Source of the DNA: Takakia lepidozioides
Lineage: Eukaryota > Plantae > Bryophyta
Assembly (NCBI GenBank): GCA_030704615.1
Contig: CM060734.1
Span: 24,056,001 to 24,120,000, forward strand
Direction of reading: 5' to 3'
DNA: 64,000 bases
In this document: one piece after another, positions 1 to 12,423 of the stretch
Position numbering within the stretch: the stretch's first letter is position 1
How the letters are laid out: each line of letters opens with the position of its first letter
Notes under the pieces: model-generated
Database searches by the model: none
What the model saw: the letters and a program-made list of their open reading frames with translations, nothing else
Told to the model about the DNA's origin: nothing
Position numbers and translations under genes: made by a program

Positions 1-2070
1 TCCATTCCCTCTCCTCTTATTCTCTGAAAACTCCATGCAGAGGCCGGCAGAGCGAGCACAAAGAGGATGATACGCCACCCGACAGTGACTGTCCCCACAC
101 TGAATGCAAGCTCCATAAGGTACTTTGCATACACTGCAAGTTAACTTCCACCGTTCCTTGTTGATAGCACTGATACCATCCACTGGCTCCATCCGCTTAA
201 GATCCATCAAACCTGTTTCAGGTATCCATATAGCACACATGAGGTGAGCCCAGCGCCCATCCGTTGTCCTCTTCATAGCCCCACCTGTGATAGGGCAGAG
301 ACAGCAAGGAGGTCGGAGCTTGGGAGCATCAGATCGACAAAGGTTGCACAGCCATAGATCACCATCCGGCGGTTCCAGCTCCCCATAACAAACCATGTGA
401 ACCATGAGGCAGCATTTATCACACTGCAACAACAGGTTGTCCTCATACTCCTCATCCAGATAGCACACTGTACATCGGTCTAAGTGTTTCCATGGCACAT
501 TAATCGGCTTGTACCCTGCCGGCAATAGTTCCTCAGCTCCTTCCTCCAATGGAGACTTGTCCAACCACCCCGTAAAGTTTGAGCAGGCTCTTGAATTTGG
601 CAGCCCCTGAATAAGCTTGGCAACACGTGGATGGGTGAACCCAAACATAGCGACCCCTGATCTGAGTTGAGGTCGCTTCTCCTGCTCAGGACTTGCAAAG
701 ATCCCACACTTCTCTTTTGCCTTCTGTAATTTCATGTACAACTTTTTCCAGCATGCTGCAGGTGAAGGCCCCTCAATTGGCATCTCATCTGCTGGACTAA
801 CCCGAAACAGGGGCATTGACCGCGAACATGGGTTCCTCAACACTTCCATCTTGTACTGAACCATTCTTTCTGGGTCTCTTGTTGAAGTGTACATGCGCAC
901 AGCAGTGTATCCTTCAGTCCAGATATGGTTCTGGTCATGAAATCGCTCTGAATCTCTAACAACTTTCCCCAAGCTTAACACACTAAGTGTCCCCAAGTTC
1001 AAAGGAAGGGTGAACAGGCTCTGCACACTCTTCCTGATAGTATGCTTCCTCTCATCTCCCAAAAAATCCTGACCATCTGGCTCTGCCCCACATTGTTCAG
1101 TCGCTGGCCTCTGCCTCTCTATTGCACCATGTACACCATCTCCAACTACATCATCTTGCAGGTGTGTCATCAACTCAGGAAGCCTGCATTCCTTTAGATA
1201 CCTCCCTACTTCTTCTACACCTTGCTCAAATGCTGCCCGTTTACACTTTGAGTGATACTTACACAGCAGGCCCGTTGAGAAGAGCACCATCTTCTTGGAG
1301 CTGATCCTAGCATGATCATAGCTCCCAAAAAACTGAACAGGAAGAATACCTTCGCGATTGGCAGGTTCCAGGCCACATGCCTTTGCGTGCTCTTCGTCCA
1401 TTACAAACGCAGGCCACATTGGATAGCCCTTCACCTTCGCCCAGACAATATCCCCCTGACCTAACGTCCCTTGGCAGTTCTCCAGTCCAGCAGCTAAGGC
1501 AGCCAGCTCATCCGGATTTGGCTTCTTCCTGCACTCCGATTGTACACTTGACTCCAGTTCTTGCAACTCGTCTGCGGAAACCTTCAGCTTCACTCGCTCT
1601 TTGGCAACAACAACCCACTCCTTCTCATTATCTTGGTAGTCAATTCGATGTCTCTGTTTCTCTGAGTCGTACGTATGAATGACTCCAGGATACCACTCCT
1701 TATCCATAGGCCAATAGACCTTGCAGCACCGGCCGATCAACGCTAAGGGATGGATTTTACCAAGCTCAATTTCCTGCCACTGTGGAAGATTCGCCTTCTG
1801 CGACAAGAACTTTTGCATAGCTTCGGTCAGCTTTCTTGTTCGAGGAGTCATCCGGCAGGTTTTGTTTGCTTCTTCGAACTCCATGCTCCTCCCCTTGTCA
1901 TATTCCTCTGGGATGGCTGTCTGTCTTCTCTGAAACCCTATAACTTTCTTTCTTCCTGTTGCCAAGGCCCCAACCTTCTGCATTGCTGCAGATATCGTTT
2001 CATGCTCCTCCTCTCTGCATGTTGATACGGAGTTCGCCAATCCAGGGATGTCCTCCTCTCTCAAACCCAT
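1..2070 (-). CDS. ATX1: ATX1/ATX2-like trithorax H3K4 methyltransferase, 5' part (Tudor-like, PWWP, FYRN/FYRC, PHD, ePHD); intronless; runs off the left edge
   Basis: Manual translation gives an ATG at 2070 and no stop down to base 1 (absent from the ORF track because it exits the window). Motifs: LIGRCCKVYWPMDKEWYPG, GDIVWAKVKGYPMWPA (PWWP), FHDQNHIWTEGYTAVR (FYRN), DRCTVCYLDEEYEDNLLLQCDKC (PHD), GAMKRTTDGRWAHLMCAIWIPE...CRVAYHPLCAR (ePHD). Confidence 0.92.
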   Translation of the reverse strand, partial: MGLREEDIPGLANSVSTCREEEHETISAAMQKVGALATGRKKVIGFQRRQTAIPEEYDKGRSMEFEEANKTCRMTPRTRKLTEAMQKFLSQKANLPQWQEIELGKIHPLALIGRCCKVYWPMDKEWYPGVIHTYDSEKQRHRIDYQDNEKEWVVVAKERVKLKVSADELQELESSVQSECRKKPNPDELAALAAGLENCQGTLGQGDIVWAKVKGYPMWPAFVMDEEHAKACGLEPANREGILPVQFFGSYDHARISSKKMVLFSTGLLCKYHSKCKRAAFEQGVEEVGRYLKECRLPELMTHLQDDVVGDGVHGAIERQRPATEQCGAEPDGQDFLGDERKHTIRKSVQSLFTLPLNLGTLSVLSLGKVVRDSERFHDQNHIWTEGYTAVRMYTSTRDPERMVQYKMEVLRNPCSRSMPLFRVSPADEMPIEGPSPAACWKKLYMKLQKAKEKCGIFASPEQEKRPQLRSGVAMFGFTHPRVAKLIQGLPNSRACSNFTGWLDKSPLEEGAEELLPAGYKPINVPWKHLDRCTVCYLDEEYEDNLLLQCDKCCLMVHMVCYGELEPPDGDLWLCNLCRSDAPKLRPPCCLCPITGGAMKRTTDGRWAHLMCAIWIPETGLMDLKRMEPVDGISAINKERWKLTCSVCKVPYGACIQCGDSHCRVAYHPLCARSAGLCMEFSENKRRGNG

Positions 2071-2711
2071 CTCTCAAACCCTTCCAAACCGCAAGCCAGG
2101 TTTTATGTCTGTTCTCTCTCCCTGCGCCCTAACCTTGATCAGCATCGTTGGTCGAACCCTCAAAGGCTAGATCTAGTCACAGTTTCTGTTTCTGTCAAGT
2201 GCGAGTTCATAATTATTCTTTTCATTTGTGTCGGTTACATGTGGTACCATAGCAATCTGGGTCCCCTCAAACCTTTCTCTCGAACGTTAAAATTCCTTTT
2301 CTTCCCTCTCCCCTCGAACCCGTGAAAGCCTGATGTAAGCTTGCTTCACCGAAGTTTACTCGACTTTCACATATGGAAATCCGAATTTGTCTACAAGACG
2401 CAATTTCGCCAGAAACAGGAAAGCCCAGCAACACACAGTCTGAATATTCCAACTATTTCTCGTTGGTATCAATAAAAGGGTCAGAAACATAGGAAACACC
2501 TTCACCTTGTAAGCTACATTTTTCATGAATACTTGTATCCCAAAGCTTTCTAGTTTTAACTTCGAAGTCCCCGGCAATTGTTTCTGTTCATAGCAGGTGG
2601 GTGATGAAACCCTGTGAGACTTTATTTACAACATGTACAATGGGTGAACGTGCATATGATGTGAAGTTCCCAAAAAGGGGGGGAGGAACAAGAAACAAGA
2701 GAAGAAAACAA

Positions 2712-2808
2712 AAAGCTATAGTAAGCTACTCAACTAGAGAAAAAAACAAAAGCTATAGTAAGCTACTCAATCAGCGACGAAAACAGAAGCTATAGTAAAC
2801 TACTCAAG
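2712..2808. repeat. three spaced copies of AAGCTATAGTAAGCTACTCAA
   Basis: Direct repeats at about 2712, 2749 and 2788, next to the CRE-like fragment. Confidence 0.7.
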
Positions 2809-2809
2809 C

Positions 2810-3725
2810 AGAGCGACCCTCCCAGCCAACAGCCTGGAGGAGATCAGGCAAGGAGATAGGCAAAGTGTCAGGCAGAGGCGAAAGACGAGATGTCGCGGAG
2901 CGCAGTAGTGAAAATAGGGGATGAGAGGCGAAAATGTGCGATAGTGGGTCGTGTTGTCAACCATGCCCCTGCTCCGGGTCCTGCGCATGATAGAAGTCGG
3001 GCTCGATGCAACTCAGAAGAAGCATTTGAGAGCATGCCGGAAAAGGAATGACGGTGCACGCACTCGGAAATGGACTCCTGAAGATGGTCGAGGCCTTGAG
3101 CAACCAACTGCTCAAATAGTGGTAGACATGCTCGCGCCGGTGCCGGAAGAAGATCTCGTGCAGAGCGGAGATGCTGCTGGAAGGGTAAAATGCCAATGTC
3201 GGCATGTGCAACGGCGTCCATAAGGATGGGACGATGGTCACAGAGAAATCGTGAAGCGAGGGCTGGCGCCACCAATGCCCAACTGCCGAGGAAAGCTGAC
3301 GGGGCGGTAGTGACAGTGGACAAAAGACCCACGCCACCGGAAGAGACGGGCAAGGTGGCTTGCTGTCGTGGCAAAAGTCCCTGAGCACCCTCCAGAGCTC
3401 CTGGTCCTAACAATCTCCCGAAGATAGTCATCATGGTAGTATCAAACCCAGATAAGAGGTGTAGGAAATCTGGGCTGGGTGGAACAGTGCGCAAGAGATA
3501 TGAGGGATGCTAAAGGAAACATTTGGTCAAGATTCCATATGCTACCTGTACATCTCCGAGCCTAGGAAGGAGATCGGCGTGGGTGGCATCCTGGTGGAGT
3601 GCATCTTCCAAGAAGGACGTTGTGAACTGGGTGGTGCCAAAATGGACTCCCAAGATTCTGATGCCATTGGGCGGAGCAATGAAGTGAGCAGGGAGGACAA
3701 AATCTGCAGGGATCGGCGTGGGTAG
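2810..3725 (-). mobile_element. CRE/SLACS-like (RLE-type) non-LTR retrotransposon fragment, RT thumb and C-terminal region, frameshifted
   Basis: ORFs 3510-3863 and 2868-3494 contain GIRILGVHFG, QATLPVSSGGVGL and RARLLSCAGPGAGAWL...FTTALR, typical of the region after RT in CRE-like elements. Confidence 0.7.
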
Positions 3726-5510
3726 GTACGGTTTCTCAAAGAAATTTCCATTCATTGTTTTCGGCTCAGATTGTTTTTGTAAGATTAGAAAATGGGTTTC
3801 GGAGGTTTGTCCTCTCAAATGAGGTGACACACTGGTGCACGATCTGGCAATTTTGACTGTCACTCATGCCGAGTCACGCTCAACCAATCGTTTCGTCATT
3901 TCTAGCAATCTATCCTATAAATCACTGTACCTTCAACTTCCATTCCCTTCTGTTTCGGTGGTATATATGCACTCCTTGTCCCATCAACCGTTTAATTGGG
4001 TGCTACCAAAGCTTGCTGCGAAGTGCTATTGTGGGTCCAAAATCTCGGGTCGCCACCCAGAGTAGTAATACTCTGCATTTAGCTAGCACGCCAATCATAG
4101 TTTGTTATGTGGGTGGTGTTGAGAAGTTTATGAGAAGCCTATGTAAAAAGTTTGTACACAAAGAACTGTAACATTGGATGTTGCGGCTTAGTGACAGATA
4201 CTGAAAACTTATGTGGAGTACTGCTACTGGCTGGCCTTCTGCAAATTTGCTTTCTCTATCACACCTTGCTGCAGTTCTTGAGTATCTGCAGGTGTTGCTG
4301 CGAATATGGGGAAGGCAACGATGGAGTGTTGGGTGCAGTTTGTAATGTGTTCAGTGTTTTGTGTCTGAATTGGCCGGGTACTACCTACCTACTCTCGACA
4401 ACTTCATCCCCAACCCCAAAATCTACTGCCACTACCTAATCGCTCTCCATGCAAGGAGTAAATTTTCGTCCTCCCGGATTGGTGAGTCCTGGCTGGCCAA
4501 AGCTAAATCATGCATAAATGAATGCGCGTACACCTTGGATACCACTGCGGCAAAGTCAGAGGAGAGGAAGTGGAAACAACCCACAAATCGAGAACCTGCT
4601 TTCATTTTCATTGCTGCACAACAATCCGCATGTGCATTCAGTTCACGCAAAATTTCCCAGAAATATTCATCCCGGGCCTCACCAGATTATACACAGGAAG
4701 ATCCGGATTATGGATCTACATCTAACTTGGAGCTCATCATCATCATGAGGTTATTCTGTCATTAAGTTCAAATTTGGACTAATTGATTACATGAATACTA
4801 AACATATTGAAGGTTTTGTTCATCGGTTGATGGCTGCGCAGGCTACAAGTTGGTCAAGTGTGTGGCTACCTCAGAGTCTTTTGTTAAAACAGTTGCGTGC
4901 TTCAATATGCGAATGGGAGTGGGAGGAAATTGCAAGCTTTATGCATCTTGGTAATCACTGGCTATGGATGCACTCAAACTTTTTCTTTTGTGGGGAGGCA
5001 GTTCTTTTCTTTTAAATTTTTTATTTTTAGAACAGGTGACAGTGGCCCTGGAATTTTATTAATGGGAATTTTGAAGATACAGAGAAGTGGTAAAAATAAC
5101 CACCCTGGGGCCATGAAGGCTTAATACCACCCCGTGACCGATTTAACCAATAAGCTGAGTTCAGACCAAGGAGATGAAATTGAGAACTACTGAAGAGAAA
5201 GCAGGGGGTGTGTAACTACCAGGCAGTGCAAGGCTAACTGGACGATAGCCAAAGGGTTGAGAGCGGAGAGGAAATGTAAGGGGGAGAGGAGAGAGATGCT
5301 GCAAGAAGCTGCAAAACAAGATGCTGGAACCTAAAAAGACAAAGTGCTGAGCAAGGAACCGCTAACAGAAAAAGCCTCAAGATCCTTCGAGTATGAGAAC
5401 TACGAACTGGTGCCCTGATCAGTGAAGAAGGCTTCTAGAACTTGAGCTGCGCTTTGGACTTAGACTCCCGTGCTCGTTTGTGGCGCCAATTGAACTCCCG
5501 TTCCTCTCCA

Positions 5511-7870
5511 TTAGAAAATACCAGGATGTCATCCATGAAGACAAGAACCATCTTGCCAAGGTATCGAAACAGAGAGTTCATCAAGTGCATGAACGTAGCC
5601 GAAGCATTGGTAAGTCCAAATGGCATTACCATATATTCATAATGGCCAAAACGTGATCGGAATCCAATCTTCGGAATATCTGCATCCTTAATTCGTATCT
5701 GGTGGTAACCTGATCGCAGATCAAGTTTGGAAAAGACCTTACTCGCATATAGGTGATCAAAGATATCATCAATGCGTAGAAGTGAATATTTATTCTTGTT
5801 TGTCATTTTGTTCATCCACCTATAGTCCACACACAGTCTTAACCCACCATCTTTTTTCTTTCTGAACATGATTGGAGCGCCCCAAGGGGATTTGCTAGCC
5901 CGAATATACCCCTTCTCGAGTAAGTCACTCAATTGTTTTTCAAGTTCTTTAGTTTCTGCAATTGAGTGCCGATAGGGTGCTCGCGCAAATGGTACTGAAT
6001 CAGCCACCAACTCGATGGCATGATCAATATCACGTACAGGAGGCATTCGAGGGATTTCCTCGGGAAACATATCCCGATAATCATTCAGAACTGCTTCTGT
6101 TCTGACATGTATTCCTGTACTTTTAGTACCTGATCCATACAGACTTTCATGCACACTCAGGGCAAAAATCTGACCATTTCCCTTACGCGCACACCTTTTC
6201 ATCTGAACAACAGACATCAGAGGAACATTGGGGAGGGCTCGAGTACCTTTTAATTCAAAGGTTTTGCCAGAGGGTAAGGTACCACTCACCAACCCACGCT
6301 TGCAAGCCACCACCGCATCCACATTGTCAAGCCATTGCATCCCCAGAATGCAGTCGTAGCAAGCGCCGTTCCAGACTTCAAAATTTGCCTTCGTGTACAC
6401 CCCTTGCATGACAACTGGCACAACTGAAAGATGTTGCTGTGTGGTCTCCACCCCACCATTTGGTAGCATAATCTGAGATGGCTGCACCTCCTCCTGAGAT
6501 AATCCCAACTTGTCTGCAAAGGACTTTGATAGCATGTTGTGGGTGCTGACAGTGTCAATCAACAACATTGTTGGTTTCCCCGCCACCTGTCCCTGAACTC
6601 GAATAACATTGTGGTTGTAGGCCACTCCACCATCGACAACTGCAGCTGTCACCCTCATATTAGGACCCTTTCCAGTGGCCGTTCCTAAACAATTTTCGAG
6701 GTCTGTAATGGTTACGGGCTCCACCGGTTCTTCCACTACCAAGGTTGCAGTCTGTCGGAATTGGCGTTTAGGACAATCTGCTAACCGATGGCCGGGCTTA
6801 TGACAATTGAAACAAAGCCCCTTCCTAAGATGTTCTTCCTGTTCCCTGGGACTTAAGTGCAGTGGATTTCCAACAGTTGGTTTCTGTCGTCCTTGATTGT
6901 CGTTGTTCTTATAGGGTTTGAACCTCTTCCAATTTCCCTTCCTTGTTGGGGTGATCTTGGGAGAAAATGTCATCTTCTTCTTATTTTCCCCTGCACGAGC
7001 CGAGTATGCCACTCACTGTGCTTTGATTTCACATTCAAAATTGCAAGCCAATCCATAGGCTTCAACCTCAGTGCGGGGATTGTGGGCTTTGACCTTATAT
7101 TTCAAAGAGTCATTTAGGCCATCCACAAAAAAATCCACCCTGTCATCTTCACTGAGAGTTGGAAAATAGCTGGCATGCATTTCGAATTTGGTCTTGAACT
7201 CAATCACATTATAACTTTCCTGTTTCAGGGTGAAGAGTTCAACCTTTATCTTATGAGCGTAATCTCCAGGGAGATAGTGGGCCAGAAACACTGATCGAAA
7301 CTTCTCCCAAGTATCAATTAGGGGTTTGCCATGTTCACGGTGTTCCGTTTTCTGACGAGACCACCACAATTTTGCTGCATCCCGAAGTTGTAGGGTTGCC
7401 GTTCTAATTTTTGCTTCTTCAGGGTAATCCTCTTCAAAGAATTCCTCGAGTGTTTCAAGGAACGACAAAATCTCTTCTGGCTTGACAGAAGTCTTACCCA
7501 CAAATTCCGGCAACTTCACCATTCTCGCGAGTTACATCTTTGTTTCTCTTAGCTCTGAACTCCAAGGAGCTAGCGTCGGATTGTGATTCGGCCTGGCTTC
7601 GCAATTCATCATGTGAAGTCCCTATGGTTCTTTTCGCACTCGATTTCTCTTTTGCAGGTTGAAGTTTGTGGACTTCAGATCGAATGAGTGCACCTAGGGC
7701 TTCCATCTGTGCGTTAGAGAAAAGCTGACCCTGGCGATCTTCCTTACGCTGAGAGCTACGAGCATCTGAAGGTTCCATCTCTTCTGAGTTACCGTACGAG
7801 CTGCGCCGCACGTTACTTTCTGATCCTGGCAACGAGAGCTTGCTCATAAATCCAAACATTCCTTTTTTTG
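5511..7870 (-). pseudogene. Gypsy gag-protease-RT (5' half of the polyprotein)
   Basis: Retrotrans gag (7013-7522), [14 protein letters not shown] knuckle, LIDTVSTHN protease, RT motifs [17 protein letters not shown] and FMDD; in-frame stop at 7013. Confidence 0.9.
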
Positions 7871-7895
7871 CCCGTACATAGGCTCTGATACCACT

Positions 7896-8410
7896 TACAA
7901 AAACCCTGGGTTCTTTCAACTATGACAGGAATCACTCGTGAACAATCCTTTTACAGTTCAGGTCTTGATGGAACCATAATCACAAGATCTACACTGTTTT
8001 TTTGTAAAAAAGGTGAACCATAGTCCCTGTCCTACAAAAGCCAGTGACTATTTCTAGATTAACCAACTCTAATATGCACAACACCGGTTATCACATCCGG
8101 TCCACCCAGCCACCACGCCGTGCCTATCTCTTGCATCAGTTCTATCGGATCCTAGTGTCCTCCAGGCCACCATCCTCAATCCTCTTCTCCTCTCTTCGTG
8201 TCTGCCAGAACCGCCGCTCTTTCTTCGTGTACAGGTGACCTTCACCACCTGTTGACCTCCTTGGCAAGTGATCAGTACTCAAAGCTGGCAGTTGTCTCTC
8301 CAAACCTTCACGTGACACTGCTCTAGCTTTCCCCCACCTGTCATTCACACCACCCCATGGCCTTTTCCAGCCACAAGTCATTCAGACTTGTTGCCTAGAG
8401 GGCCATAACA
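7896..8410 (-). repeat. 5' LTR (inverted), TG...TA ends, followed by tRNA-Met PBS at 7882-7893
   Basis: Reverse complement of 10863-11376; rc of 7882-7893 is TGGTATCAGAGC. Confidence 0.9.
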
Positions 8411-8449
8411 GTAGGATCGATAGACCTATGTTGAATTGCCCAGTGTGGA

Positions 8450-10860
8450 GCTATTTACGTGCTCACGGGGCATTGTGGAAATCCAAATGTGCATGGATCT
8501 ATCAGGGCAAACAACCCAGTCTCAGAGCAAAACTGTTCCAAATATTTATTGACTGATGACTGAGGGGAAAAAAACCTGGTTGGTTTTGTGTGCAGCTCTC
8601 TTTCCTGAGCTTCACAATGACGCAGGCTGCAGCTTCTCCAAAGCTTTGATGACACCTGGTGCAAGGATGGCTTCCTTGGCACCCGTCTATCCGACCCTGC
8701 ATTGCAATGGAAAAACACCTTCCCAGGAGTGTCCATTGATTCAAAGAAGATTCAGGTGGTGGCCGAATGGCCCAAACCCAAAGATAAAACAGAAGTCAGA
8801 AGCTTTGTTGGGTTTGCTAGCTTACTGTGAAAGTTTGTCAAATCATTCTCTCGCATTGCAGCCCCGATGACTGATCTACTAAAGAACTCTACTTCTAAAG
8901 ATTGGAATGAAGCTTGGACTCCAGATTGTGATGTAGCTTTGACAATCTAAAGTTTGCATTGACTCATGCTCTAGTCTTGAAGCTAATTGATCCTACCAGG
9001 AATGAGATAGTGCATTGCACTGATGCGAGTGACCTCGCTATTGGAGCAATATTGATGCAAAGTGATCAGGTTATTGCCTATGAGTCCAAAAAGCTCAGTC
9101 CACCTGAACAGAATTATCATGTTCATGAAAAAGAACTTTTGGCTATGATTCACGCACTGAAGATATGGAGGCACTACTTGCTTCCTGTGGACTTTACAAT
9201 TGAAACGGATCATGAGAGTTTAAAATATCTCAGTACACAACCCAATTTGAGTCGTCGTCAGATTCGATGGGTTGAATTCCTTCGGCAGTTTCATTATGAT
9301 CTGCGGTATGTGAAGGGAAATGAAAAATGTACTGGCAAATGCACTCTCTAGAAGGCCGGATGGTCAATGTTGTGTTGCTTGTGAAAAGCTCTATGATTGA
9401 TGATGTGAAATTATGCTGATGATGTGTTTTTCAAAGCACCATATGAAAGCCTCTTACATGACCGTCGGACCTTTGATGAGATTGACAAGTATCGTCCATA
9501 CTTGTTGCATGATGGGATATTATATTATCACATGCGTATGTGCATTCCCTCTTTACAGGATTTGCGACTGCGTATCATTTATGACTGTCATAATATTCCC
9601 ATAGCTGGACATCCGGGCTTTCAGAGAACCTATGTGGCCGTTAGAAAACAATATTTCTTGCCAGGAATGAAGAGATAGATCAAAGAGTATGTGGATAGAT
9701 GCTTTCCATGTCAAGTCTCAAAATCAGAAATGATACGTCCTCCTGGATTATTACAACCACTAAGTGTTCCCAGTGGAAACTGGGAATCGATAAGTATGGA
9801 TTTTATAGTGGCATTGCCACGGACCAGAAATGGACATAATAGCATCATGGTGGTTGCTGATAGACTGTCTAAGACAACACACTTGATTCCCACAAAAATG
9901 ACAGTCACTGCCCCTGAGGTGGCTTCACTGTTCATGAAAGAAATCTTTCGGATCCATGGGATATCTCGTGAGATCATTTGTGACAGGGACACGAAGTTCA
10001 CTAGTCATTTTTGGACTGCTTTGTTTAAGCTTTTGGGAACCAAGTTGAGACTTAGTACTGCATATCATCCTAAAACAGATGCCCAAACAGAACGGACCAA
10101 CCGAACCATTGAGGATATGCTGAGAATGTATGTTGGTCAGAGACAGACTTCCTGGGAACAGTACTTGTATTTGATAGAGTTCGCCTATAACAAGAATTTC
10201 CATAGTGCCATCGGGATGAGCCCGTTTCAAGCACTCTATAGACGCGATTGTTTGACCCCAGCTTCTCTTTCCACGCCATTGTCTAAGGTCCAGTCTGTCA
10301 ATGACATGGTCCGTGAAATGCACTCGGTGTTGGATTTGGTAAAGAGAAGCATGAGAAGTGCTCAAGAAATAGCCAAGTTCTATGCTGACAAGCACAAAAG
10401 CTTCCGTTAATTTGAGGTAGGCGACAAGGTCTTCTTGAAAGCTGCTCCCAAAAGAAGCCAGTTGAAATTGGGCAAGTGTCCTAAGCTGTCCCCAAAATTC
10501 TGTGGACCTTTTGTGATCTTAAAGCGTTATGGATCTATGACATACCAGCTAGATCTGCCAGCTACTTGGAAAATCCATGACGTCTTTCATGTCAGCCTCC
10601 TAAGGAAATATGTGGCAGACCCTAGTCATATTCTACCCGAACTACCCAAAGTTATGAATAAAGGTCAGTTATTGGCTGAACCTGAATCTACTCTGGAGAC
10701 AAGAATGAAACACCTTCAAAATCGTTCATATCGTGAACATCTTGTCAAGTGGTATCACTATCCAGAATCTGAAGCTACTTGGGAAAAAAAGAGTGACCTG
10801 CAATTGGATTTTCCCCATTTCACTATCATTGCGGACAATGATGAATCTTTAGTGGGGGAG
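8450..10860 (+). pseudogene. Gypsy RT C-terminus, RNase H, integrase (HHCC, DDE, GPF) and chromodomain
   Basis: TDASDLAIGAIL, HNIPIAGHPG...CFPC, SMDF, CDRD, ERTNR, GPF, HLVKWYHYPESEATWE; several stops and frameshifts. Confidence 0.9.
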
Positions 10861-10862
10861 TT

Positions 10863-11376
10863 TGTTATGGCCCTCTAGGCAACAAGTCTAAATGACTTGT
10901 GGGTGGAAAAGGCCATGGGGTGGTGTGAATGACAGGTGGGGGAAAGCTGGAGCAGTGTCACGTGAAGGTTTGGAGAGACAATTGCCAGCTTTGAGTACTG
11001 ATCACCTGCCAAGGAGGTCAACAGGTGGTGAAGGTCACTTGTACACGAAGAAAGAGCGGCGGTTCTGGCAGACACGAAGAGAGGAGAAGAGGATTGAGGA
11101 TGGTGGCCTGGAGGACACTAGGATCCGATCGAACTGATGCAGGAGATAGGCACGGCGTGGTGGCTGGGTGGACCGGATGTGATAACGGTGCTGTGCATAT
11201 TAGAGTTGGTTAATCTAGAAATAGTCACTGGCTTTTGTAGGACAGGGACTATGGTTCACTTTTTCAACAAAAAGACAGTGTAGATCTTGTGATTATGGTT
11301 CCATCAAGACCTGAACTGTAAAAGGATTGTTCACGAGTGATTCCTGTCACAGTTGAAAGAACCCAGGGTTGTCGTA
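10863..11376 (+). repeat. 3' LTR
   Basis: Starts TGTTATGG after a PPT, ends GTCGTA, and is followed by the TSD CCTAC. Confidence 0.9.
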
Positions 11377-12423
11377 CCTACCTATAATTGAGAAGAATGA
11401 GAGAGGAAGGAGGGGAAGGGGGGAAACCCTCTTTGCCCAGGGGAATGCTAATCCGTGAGCGGCTCACGTGAGCGGAAATATTCGTGAGCGAGAAGATGAT
11501 CATCCGTGAGCAGAAAGATGCTAACGGATGAGGATGATTGTCACCGCACAGGCCTATAACCGTGGATGAGAAAACCCCGGGAGACCTATATCCGCGGGAA
11601 AGGATGCATACAACCAGGCAGTAGTTTGCAACTTTGTAGAAGAGACATTGTGCGCTTATGGATGAAAGTTGGATGAATGTTGGATGAATATTCTATGCAT
11701 TCTGGATGAACGTAACATTGAATTGGGATGAACTCTGGCACACCTATGGATGGATGAATGCATGAATGCATGGATGAACAATTGACAACAGGATGGATGT
11801 CGAGGGCCTGTATTGTGGACACCCCAAATAGAGAAACATAGATGAAGGAAGTTATGAAGAGAAGAACAAGTCCAGAGGCACACACCGGATTCTAATCAAT
11901 CAACTCGGTATTGGTTTATTGATAGATAGTTTGAAAAGAAATGGATCATTTCGAACAAGAAGATCCACTGCCAGAGGAGTTTGCATCTGAAACTGAAGTA
12001 CAATTATCAATGAACACCCTAGCCCTGCTATCCAGATTTCCCCTCTGGTTGCAAAACAGATGAGGGGGAGATGCCTGGAGAGCAAATGCTCTGGCTGCAG
12101 CCTCTGCATAACATGGCAATTCAAGAAGGGGGGGTGGACTAGGATAGAAGGCCGGGTTCGCAAAGAAAGGGAGGAACCTTGGCGTTCTTGGGCTCATGCA
12201 AAAACATCCCAAAGTTTCATGAGCATCCCCCATTCTCACACCACAGTGGAGGCCCAATTGAAGAAGCAAAAGTTGACAAAGAATAACGTAAAAGAATGGT
12301 GTAGACTTACTCACAATCAAAATCGTCATCAATGTCCATGTCTTCGTGTTCCACGGCCACTGCTGCGAGCGCCGCATCTGTCTGCGTGCTTGAAGTCGAG
12401 CCCTCTTGGAAAGGAGCTATCAC

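Larger units (their letters stand above)
5511..11376. mobile_element. Chromovirus-type Ty3/Gypsy element with its 5' half inverted; degenerate
   Basis: Gag-CCHC-PR-RT lies on the minus strand and RNaseH-IN-chromodomain on the plus strand. Two ~515-bp LTRs are in opposite orientation. PBS TGGTATCAGAGC, PPT AGTGGGGGAG, and a shared TSD CCTAC at 8411-8415 (rc) and 11377-11381. Confidence 0.9.

Noticed and set aside
3866-5015. short plus-strand ORFs as a gene
   Set aside because: No recognisable domain or exon chain.
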